From: Octopus sinensis
Lineage: Eukaryota
Assembly (NCBI RefSeq): GCF_006345805.1
Contig: NW_021827618.1
Span: forward strand, 1 to 10,090
DNA length: 10,090 bases
Direction: 5' to 3'
The notes beneath the pieces were generated by a model, which was not told the origin of the DNA, made no database searches, and saw only the letters and a program-made list of their open reading frames with translations. This document shows, one piece after another, positions 1 through 7,697 of this stretch. Made by a program: the position numbers and the translations under genes. How positions within the stretch are numbered: the first letter of the stretch is position 1; each line of letters begins with the position of its first letter.

Positions 1-77
1 AACTCAGAACGTAACGACAGACGAAATACCACTAAGCATTTCGCCCGGCGTGCCAACGTTTCTGCCAGCTCGCCGCC
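1..77 (-). mobile_element. 5' tRNA-like head of a SINE (family B), cut by the window edge
   Basis: Reverse complement reads GGCGGCGAGCTGGCAGAAACGTTGGCACGCCGGGCGAAATGCTTAGTGGTATTTCGTCTGTCGTTACGTTCTGAGTT. It has an A-box-like TGGCAGAAACG near the 5' end and runs into a B-box-like segment at the edge. It resembles a common octopus SINE head as I recall it (not verified by search). Confidence 0.75.
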
Positions 78-117
78 TTTAATTCAAATATTATAGCGAT
101 GAAACAATGTGTGTGAA

Positions 118-243
118 GGCGCGTGGCCGAGTGGTTCGGGTGGTGCGCTCACGGTCATAACATCGTGGTTTCGATTTCCGGGTGGTGTTTTCTGTTCTTC
201 AGCAAATCACTTCGTTTTATGTTGCTGCAGTTCACTCAGCTGT
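118..243 (+). mobile_element. Degenerate tRNA-derived SINE fragment (family C)
   Basis: Starts GGCGCG. Perfect Pol III A box TGGCCGAGTGG (124-134) and B-box-like GGTTTCGATTTCC (167-179), then a SINE-body-like GTTCTTCAGCAAATCACTT...GTTGCTGCAGTTCACTCAGCTGT. No cloverleaf acceptor stem, so not a tRNA gene. Confidence 0.65.
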
Positions 244-606
244 ATGTGACTAATGTTGTGTGGTAATAAAAAGATAAATGATGGACAAGCAGATACCGTA
301 TTTTCTGGCATAAAAGTTGAATTATTCTGACCAAAATTGACAGGGAAAAGTAATAGGTCGACTTATATAACAATACGACTTTGGAGGAACAAAAATATCC
401 ATGTGAAATGCAGCAGGTTTTACTATGATAATGACGATGCTTGAATGTTTACACGATGTAGTACGTCGGTTTGTATACTGTAAAACAAAGCTGTTGTATT
501 CATATAATCTAGAAGACATTAGATGATATGTCTTTACAGCTGTTTCAAAAAGGAGGTGATGTCTTTATTTAAGTCTTCTCACCCAATGTTTTTAGATACA
601 AAATTA

Positions 607-735
607 TGTGTGTGTATATATATACATATGGACATATGCATGCGTATATTTATATATGGGTGTATACACACACACATATATTTCATAAATACGTACATAC
701 ATACATATATATACACATATACACGCGCACGCACA
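607..735. repeat. Mixed (TG)/(TA)/(CA)/(CATA) low-complexity microsatellite
   Basis: Short alternating dinucleotide and tetranucleotide runs seen directly. Confidence 0.8.
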
Positions 736-1041
736 TATCGTTTATTAATAGCTAGATATTACAGTTTCCTATTACAACTCAAGTTTCAACTATTTCATGC
801 TACGTCAAGTAATGTGGGAAAAGTTTTGTTATTACACTTTCGTGCATTAAAATATAATTTACTGTTAAATCTGCTACCGGCAATGTGAGTAAGAGCAGTA
901 CAGAGTATGGCGTGCATTTACGAAAACTTTGTAAGTATATTTGTAAAAGGTTGTTTGCCGATTTATGCGTAAATATATTAAATATATCGATGTCCGCTCA
1001 TATAAAAAATGATAAATGGAGAAGAAACTTTCATGTATATA

Positions 1042-1211
1042 GGCGCGGAGTGGCTGTGTGGTACGTAGCTTGTTTACCAACCACATGGTTCCGGGTTAAG
1101 TCCCACTGCGTGGCACCTTGGGCAAGTGTCTTCTACTAAAGCTTCGGGTCGACCAAAGCCTTGTGAATGGATTTGGTAGACGGAAACTGAAAGAAGCCTG
1201 TCGTATATATG

Positions 1212-1254
<43 letters not shown>

Positions 1255-1450
1255 ATGTGTCTGTGTTTGTCCTCCTAGCATTGCTTGACAACCGATACTG
1301 GTGTGTTTACGTCCCCGTTCGGCAAAAGAGACCGATAGAAAAAGTACTAGGCGTACAAAGAATAAGTACTGGGGTCGATTTCCTCGACTAAAGGCGGTGC
1401 TCCAGCATGGCCGCAGTCAAATGACTGAAACAAGTAAATGAGAATGAGAA
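1042..1450 (+). mobile_element. Near full-length tRNA-derived SINE (family A) with internal (TA)n(TG)n microsatellite
   Basis: Head GGCGCGGAGTGGCTGTGTGG (A-box-like) and GGGTTAAGTCCC (B-box-like). The 5' ~160 bp matches copies at 6672 and 8200. Internal microsatellite at ~1204-1260. The 3' tail has stem-loops GTCGA-TTTCC-TCGAC (1374-1388) and CAGTC-AAAT-GACTG (1414-1427) and ends in an AATGAG repeat. Probably one of the octopus OK/OR1/OR2-type SINEs; family name not assigned. Confidence 0.9.
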
Positions 1451-1739
1451 ATATATATATATATTCAGTCTGCGATCAACAGAGATTGTCTATTTATGTT
1501 TCGTATCTCTGAATCCCCGTAGCAGGGATCGCTATGCTTTTTGGGAGATTTCTTTCGTGTTCGGTCAACATACAGCATCTCGGATCATCAATGGCTGATC
1601 AGAGTAAACATATCTGGGCTGACTTTAGTATATAAATTGTGTACATAGCTGGAATTTGGGGATTTCTGTGATGTGGTCACGTTCATATTTCGCCTCCGCC
1701 ACCTCGCACGGTTGCATACATATTGTACATCGATTCATA

Positions 1740-1853
1740 GACATAGATGTATAGATACATAAATACATACACATTCTCTTTCGCATTTTGTGTGTGTGGG
1801 TGTTTGTATGCGTGTGTGTGTTTGTGTGTGTTTGTGTGTGTGTATATATATAC

Positions 1854-1887
<34 letters not shown>

Positions 1888-2200
1888 GCATGTATATACA
1901 TACATTTGTACATGTATACACATGCACACATACAAATATCCTCATGTATGTATGTAGGTTTTTTTATGTATGTGTGTATGTATGGTGTGTTATGTATGTA
2001 TGTAGTATGTTGTATGTATGTATGTGTATGTAGTGCGTAGTAGTGTGTAATGTATGTATGTTGTATATGTATGTGTTTGTACGCGTGTGTGTGTGTGTGT
2101 GTGTGAGTATGTATGTGTGTGCGTGTCGTGTGTTTACACAACCATATTTGGAGAGTGATACGAGAAGAGAGAGAGAGGCTGAGATAGAGAGAAAGAGTCA
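1740..2200. repeat. Compound (TG)n/(TATG)n/(TA)n/(AG)n microsatellite tract
   Basis: Continuous simple-sequence runs; explains the overlapping Cys/Val/Tyr/His-rich ORFs. Confidence 0.9.
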
Positions 2201-2294
2201 CCGACAAACAGACAGAATAAGACCGTTCTGGCGATTTTGAATATTTAGCTAAAGCCCTTCATGGAAAGAGAATTCTTTGCAAAACTAATTATCT

Positions 2295-2352
2295 ATGTGT
2301 GTGTGTGGTGTGTGTGTAAGTGTAGGTGTGTACGTAAATGTATGAGTGTGTG

Positions 2353-2386
<34 letters not shown>

Positions 2387-2400
2387 CCTTTGTGTGTGTA
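2295..2400. repeat. (TG)n and (TGTC)7 microsatellites
   Basis: TGTC tandem at 2357-2386, flanked by TG runs. Confidence 0.9.
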
Positions 2401-2620
2401 AATAAGCATTCGTGATCGTTTAAAACAAACAAAACTGCTCCTAAGTCGGTCCCCTTATGAATTTGTAAGTATATCTCGTCTAAGCATAATGTCGCCAAAG
2501 TGATCCGCTTTGCGTGTAGATCTCCATACAACAAAGCGAGCGTCTATCGTGGTCACTCTAGATGCTAGAAATAACAGTCAAGTCTACTTCCATTCTCTAT
2601 AATCATATAAATAGGACGGA

Positions 2621-3005
2621 GGCGCAATGGCCCAGTTGCTAGGGCAGCGGACTCGCGGTCGTAGGATCGCGGTTTCGATTCCCAGACCGGGCGTTGTGAG
2701 TGTTTATTGAGCGAAAACACCTAAAAGCTCCACGAGGCTCCGGCAGGGGTGGTGGTGATCCCTGCTGTACTCTTTCACCACACTTTCTCTCACTCTTACT
2801 TCCTGTTTCTGTTTGTACCTTGTATTTCAAGGGCCGGCCTTGTCACTCTCTGTGTCACGCTGAATATCCCCGAGAACTACGTCAAGATACACGTGTCTGT
2901 GGAGTGCTCAGGCCACTTACACGTTAATTTCACGAGCAGGCTGTTCCGTGATTCGGATCAACCGGAACCCTCGATGTCGTAACCGACGGAGTGCTTCCAT
3001 CCATC
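2621..3005 (+). mobile_element. Full-length-like tRNA-derived SINE (family D)
   Basis: Head GGCGCAATGGCCCAGTTGCT (mutated A box at ~2628-2638) and B-box-like GGTTTCGATTCCC (2671-2683). A ~300-bp body ends ...GTCGTAACCGACGGAGTGC with a short TTCCATCCATC tail. Resembles an abundant octopus SINE from memory. Confidence 0.8.
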
Positions 3006-3329
3006 ATATATTCATGTAACTCATCGACTCGAGCGTTATAGTCTATTCCGGTTTCAGCTCCATACAACAGGGAGGAAAGCACTAGAAAGCAGTGTGGTTA
3101 ACAAAGGTTTACTATGCTGTTTGGGTTGGGGTGGGGATTGCTTTATAGAACTTTCAGTAATGGGTTGTTAGGGTTAGGGTTAGAGTTGTTAATTTCCCAG
3201 GTAATAGAAGTGACTGCATGTCTCCACGCAATGCTCTTCCCTTATGCTTCTACTACGTTACTGGTTGTGTAGAAGATATGAAGGAAAAAAGCCTCCCAGG
3301 AGAGCCAGTGGTCCCAAGATGTGACTTGG

Positions 3330-3565
3330 TTTGGTATCCGAAGCGGTTGCTCAATCTGCTAGAAACAGCAGCCAAATATCCCACCCGCGTCCTCCACCGG
3401 ATTTCGCACTAACGCTTTTCTTTAAAGCAATGACACATTGGATGGAGGATGTTTAATTAGTTACAGTATTTGAATAAAGCGTAGTGGTCATGGCTAGGAT
3501 GTCTGGTCACATATGTCTGTTGAATCCGCATCGCCCTGGGACCGAACGACGACCGCTACAGCAAC
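3330..3565 (+). mobile_element. Old, diverged interspersed repeat fragment (SINE-like)
   Basis: TGCTAGAAACAGCAGCCAA (3357-3375) matches TGCTAGAAATAACAGTCAA (2563-2581) at 16/19. The motifs GACACATTGGATG and TGGTCATGGCT match my recollection of a common octopus repeat. Boundaries uncertain. Confidence 0.4.
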
Positions 3566-3747
3566 AGAGGTGATGTTGATAGTAGGGAAAGTGAGTGAGG
3601 TGGTGGTGGTGATGGTGTTTCTGTTGAAAGGCCACTGCTACAATAATGGCGTGAATCTGAGAGGGGAATAAGGTGGATAAAACCATGATTAAATGAACCC
3701 CTTGGATTTCTCTTTTACCCAAACCCAGGAACTTTTCAGCACCCGCT

Positions 3748-5195
3748 AGTAGTGGTGGTAGAGGTAGTGGTAGTGGTAGTGGCAGTGGTAGTGGCAGTGG
3801 TAGTGGCAGTGGCAGTGGTAGTGGCAGTGGTAGTGGCAGTGGTAGTGGTAGTGGTAGTGGCAGTGGTAGTGGCAGTGGTAGTGGCAGTGGCAGTGGTAGT
3901 GGCAGTGGTAGTGGTAGTGGTAGTGGCAGTGGTAGTGGTAGTGGTAGTGGCAGTGGTAGTGGCAGTGGTAGTGGCAGTGGCAGTGGTAGTGGCAGTGGTA
4001 GTGGCAGTGGTAGTGGCAGTGGCAGTGGTAGTGGCAGTGGTAGTGGTAGTGGCAGTGGTAGTGGCAGTGGTAGTGGCAGTGGTAGTGGTAGTGGTAGTGG
4101 CAGTGATAGTGGCAGTGTAGTAGTGGCAGTGGTAGTGGCAGTGGTAGTGGTAGTGGTAGTGGCATGTGGTAGTGGCCAGTGGTTAGTGGCAGTGGTAGTG
4201 GTAGTGTGTAGTGGTAGTGGCAGTGGTAGTGGCAGTGGTAGTGGCAGTGTAGTGGTAGTGGTAGTGGCAGTGGTAGTGGCAGTGGTAGTGGCATGGTAGT
4301 GGTAGTGGCAGTGGTAGTGGTAGTGGGCAGTGTAGTGGTTAGTGGTAGTGGTAGTGGCAGTGGTAGTGGCAGTGGTAGTGGTAGTGGTAGTGGCAGTGGT
4401 AGTGGCAGTGGTAGTGGCAGTGGTAGTGGCAGTGGTAGTGGTAGTGGTAGTGGCAGTGGTAGTGGTAGTGGTAGTGGCAGTGGTAGTGGCAGTGGTAGTG
4501 GTAGTGGCAGTGGTAGTGGCAGTGGTAGTGGCAGTGGTAGTGGCAGTGGTAGTGGTAGTGGCAGTGGTAGTGGCAGTGGTAGTGGCAGTGGTAGTGGTAG
4601 TGGTAGTGGCAGTGGTAGTGGCAGTGGTAGTGGCAGTGGTAGTGGTAGTGGCAGTGGTAGTGGTAGTGGCAGTGGTAGTGGTAGTGGTAGTGGTAGTGGC
4701 AGTGGTAGTGGTAGTGGTAGTGGCAGTGGTAGTGGCAGTGGTAGTGGTAGTGGTAGTGGTAGTGGTAGTGGCAGTGGTAGTGGCAGTGGTAGTGGCAGTG
4801 GTAGTGGCAGTGGTAGTGGCAGTGGTAGTGGTAGTGGTAGTGGCAGTGGTAGTGGCAGTGGCAGTGGTAGTGGTAGTGGTAGTGGTAGTGGCAGTGGTAG
4901 TGGTAGTGGTAGTGGTAGTGGCAGTGGTAGTGGCAGTGGTAGTGGCAGTGGTAGTGGTAGTGGCAGTGGTAGTGGCAGTGGTAGTGGCAGTGGTAGTGGC
5001 AGTGGTAGTGGTAGTGGCAGTGGTAGTGGTAGTGGTAGTGGCAGTGGTAGTGGCAGTGGTAGTGGCAGTGGTAGTGGCAGTGGCAGTGGTAGTGGCAGTG
5101 GTAGTGGCAGTGGTAGTGGCAGTGGTAGTGGTAGTGGCAGTGGTAGTGGTAGTGGCAGTGGTAGTGGTAGTGGTAGTGGCAGTGGTAGTGGCGGT
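3748..5195 (+). repeat. ~1.45 kb hexanucleotide array (GGTAGT/GGCAGT)n, about 240 units
   Basis: Two interspersed unit variants differing at position 3. Essentially perfect except for an indel-rich patch at ~4105-4345. Confidence 0.97.
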
Positions 5196-5204
5196 GGCAG
5201 CGGC

Positions 5205-5690
5205 GGTGAAGACGATGCTGTTAATGGTGACTGTAATGATTGAGCTGATATCAGCAATCATGGTAATGGTGGTGTTGATGGTGGTGTTGGTGATGATGGT
5301 AGTGGTGATGGTGGAGACGATGTTGTTTTGGTGGTGGTGGTTTTGGTGGTGGTGGTGGTGGTTTTGGTGGTGTTGATAGTGATGTTGAAGACGATGTTGT
5401 TTTGGTGGTGGTGGTGGTGGTGGTGGTAGTGCTGGTAGTGATGGTGGTGTTGATGGTGATGTTGGTGATGGTGGAGACGATGTTGTTTTGGTGGTGGTGG
5501 TGGTGGTGGTGGTGGTGGCGGTGTTGACGGTGATGTTGGTGATGGTGGAGACGATGTTGTTTTGGTGGTGGTGGTGGTGGTGGTGGTGTTGATGGTGGTG
5601 ATGATGGTAGTGGTGATGGTGAAGACGATGTTGCTTTGGGGGTGGCGACGGTATGGTGGTGGTAGTGGTGCTGCTGCTGCTGTTGCTGAT
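5205..5690 (+). repeat. GGT/GAT-rich minisatellite anchored on GACGATGTTGTTTTGG
   Basis: Anchor (or variant) at 5211, 5316, 5390, 5476, 5550 and 5624. Spacings are 105, 74, 86, 74, 74 bp, with variable (GGT)n inside each unit. Confidence 0.9.
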
Positions 5691-5875
5691 GGTCACATAT
5701 TACCACCTCGCCCCCATTTGACTACCCCCTCCCTCTTGCAACATAACCAGAGGCAACCATCATTGCATACACATTCCCTGATCATTATCTCTGCCCAGTT
5801 CAGTTTCAAACACGATATGTAACCCCCATTATGTACCCTTACATATCCCCTCACGAGTCCTAACATACCCATTAT

Positions 5876-6255
5876 CTACACACACACACACACTCTCTCT
5901 CTCTCTCTCTTTCTCCCTCTCTCTTTCTCCCTCTCTCAGTCTCTCTCTATCACACACACGCACCACTCTCTCTCTCTCTCTCTTTCTCACATACACACAC
6001 ATTCACTCTCTTTCTCTCTCTTTCTTACACGCACACACTCTCTCTCTCACTCTACCTTTCTCTCTCTCTCACACACACACACACACGGATACATACATAC
6101 ATACATACATACACATACACACACATACATACACACACACATACACACACACACACGCATACATACATACATACATACATACATACATACATACATACAT
6201 ACATACATACATACACATACACATACATACACACACAAACAGACACACACACACT
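5876..6255. repeat. Compound (CA)n/(CT)n/(CATA)n microsatellite
   Basis: Directly visible; long (CATA)n at ~6155-6220. Confidence 0.95.
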
Positions 6256-6262
6256 TGCATAC

Positions 6263-6352
6263 AAGGGTCACCGTGTTCAAGAAGAAGAGAATATTATCAT
6301 TAATATCAGCAAAATCCATCTTTAGCACTTCTGTGAGAACCCCAGCCATTAT
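6263..6352 (-). CDS. Candidate internal coding exon, 90 nt, phase 0/0 (IMAGVLTEVLKMDFADINDNILFFLNTVTL)
   Basis: Unique-sequence island between microsatellites. Minus-strand TAG acceptor at 6355-6353 and GTATGC donor at 6262-6257; only phase 0 is stop-free. The polypyrimidine tract is weak and I recognise no homologue. Confidence 0.25.
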
Positions 6353-6379
6353 CTAGACTAGACACTTCTACATTCACAA

Positions 6380-6596
6380 AGACATACACACGCACACACA
6401 CACATACACTTACACCCACACTCATACACGCACAGACAACACACAAGCACACACATTACATACTCACACGCACAAGCATTGGCACGTAAGATACATATCT
6501 TTACATATATATATATATATATATAATATATATTATATATATAATAGAGAAGAGAGAGAGAGAAGATGAGAGGAGAGAGAGATAGATAGATAGATC

Positions 6597-6648
<52 letters not shown>

Positions 6649-6670
6649 CACACAACACACATATATATAT
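6380..6670. repeat. Compound (CA)/(TA)/(AG)/(GATA)n microsatellite
   Basis: (GATA)n at ~6580-6648 and other runs visible. Confidence 0.92.
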
Positions 6671-6671
6671 A

Positions 6672-6852
6672 GGCACGGGAGTGGCTGTGTGGTAAGTAGC
6701 TTGCTTACCAACCACATGGTTCTGGGTTCACTCCCACTGCGTGGCACCTTGGGCAAGTGTCTTCCAGTATAGCCAAAGCCTTGTGAGTAGATTTGGTACA
6801 CGGAAACTGAAAGAAGCCCGTCGTATATGTATATATGTGTATGTGTGTGTGT
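6672..6852 (+). mobile_element. Family A SINE, 5' half only
   Basis: High identity to 1042-1204, with an ~11-bp internal deletion (TATAGCC^AAAGCC). Ends in the internal TA/TG microsatellite; 3' half absent. Confidence 0.9.
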
Positions 6853-6888
6853 ATACAATACATACATATATGTACACATTACTATATA

Positions 6889-7060
6889 CCGGAGTAAACA
6901 CAAAAATGTGAAACAAGGTGGAAAAAGAATACTCAGTGGTAGAGTAATATGCTTTATTTAAAGCAGCAGAAAATTCAACAAAACCTGTTACTCTGAGTTT
7001 CACGTTTCCGTTCGTCGGACAGTTTTTGCTAGCAAAATTTTCTGCTGCTTTAAATAAAGT
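6889..7060 (-). mobile_element. 172-bp non-autonomous Penelope-like/retrozyme-like element with hammerhead and inverted 5' segment
   Basis: Flanked by identical ACATTACTATATA at 6876-6888 and 7061-7073 (TSD-like). Contains a hammerhead fold, minus-strand AATAAA (6958-6953) downstream of it, and a perfect 24-bp inverted repeat (6952-6975 / 7036-7059). Confidence 0.75.
6980..7027 (-). ncRNA. Minimal type I hammerhead ribozyme (U4C core variant)
   Basis: Minus strand: AAAAA-CUGU [stem I] CCGACGA ACG-GAAA-CGU [stem II] GAAA CUC-A-GAG [stem III] UA ACAG-G-UUUU [stem I']. All three helices pair. Predicted cleavage is after GUA, 3' of position 6989. Confidence 0.85.
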
Positions 7061-7188
7061 ACATTACTATATATATATAGATATAGAAAGATAAAACTTG
7101 GAAATGGATGCGTGGCGTTCAATCATATAATAATATAATATATATATATATATATATATGCATACATACATACATACATGTACATACT

Positions 7189-7328
7189 TACATATGCGTA
7201 TATGGGTACAGGACGTCAAAAAACGTAAACAACATGAAAAACGAAAAACGTATGTTTTCGTATTTCATGTTTACGTTTTTCATGTTGTTTACGTCTTTTG
7301 ACGTCCTGTACCTATATATGCATATGTA
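7189..7328. repeat. Long inverted repeat / foldback element (55-bp arms, 30-nt spacer)
   Basis: Arms 7189-7243 and 7274-7328. Core GGTACAGGACGTCAAAAAACGTAAACAACATGAAAAACG pairs 38/39. In total 52/55 Watson-Crick pairs, 2 G-U and 1 mismatch on the plus strand. Confidence 0.92.
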
Positions 7329-7479
7329 TATACATACATATATAGACATGTACATGTATTGTAGTATGTATGTATGTATGTATGTATGTATATATATATA
7401 TATAATTATTATTATTACTATATATATATATTTATATACATATATATGTGATATATATATGTATATATATATAATATAT

Positions 7480-7544
7480 AGAGAGAGAGAGAGAGAGAGA
7501 TAGATAGATGATAGATAGATAGATAGATAGATAGATAGAGAGAT

Positions 7545-7618
<74 letters not shown>

Positions 7619-7620
7619 TA
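7480..7620. repeat. (GA)n followed by (GATA)n microsatellite
   Basis: Directly visible. Confidence 0.95.
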
Positions 7621-7697
7621 TAATGTTGATAACGAAGGGGAGAGTGGAGATCTTATGTGAATAAAATCTCCACTCTCCTCTCCGTTATCAACGTTAT
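7620..7697. other. Isolated ~32-bp stem hairpin (pre-miRNA-sized)
   Basis: 7620-7651 pairs with 7666-7697: 29 WC pairs, 2 G-U and 1 A-C mismatch on the plus strand. The 14-nt loop can form an extra TTAT/ATAA helix around GTGA. Confidence 0.85.

Noticed and set aside
118-185. Possible tRNA gene (also the heads at 1042 and 2621)
   Set aside because: A and B boxes are present, but there is no complete cloverleaf or acceptor stem, and the sequence continues into SINE bodies.
150-203. Minus-strand CUGAAGA (203-197) followed by GAAA motifs as a possible third hammerhead
   Set aside because: No pairing for stems II, III or I; it lies inside a SINE fragment.
523-2534. Multiple 60-170-aa ORFs rich in Tyr/Ile/His/Thr/Cys/Val
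   Set aside because: Translations of TA/CA/TG microsatellites and SINE sequence, with no domain signal.
2602-3010. ATCATATA on both sides of the family D SINE as a TSD
   Set aside because: Only 8 bp and AT-rich, and the left copy is 11 bp away from the SINE start.
5211-5640. CRISPR-like repeat-spacer pattern
   Set aside because: The spacers are related GGT-rich sequence, not unique; eukaryotic context and no cas genes.
3507-5696. 729-aa mucin-like/His-rich ORF on the minus strand, plus overlapping (GS)n, (LP)n and poly-Val ORFs
   Set aside because: Starts at GTG, consists of simple repeats that lack stops in most frames, switches frame at probable indel errors, and its minisatellite period is not a multiple of 3.
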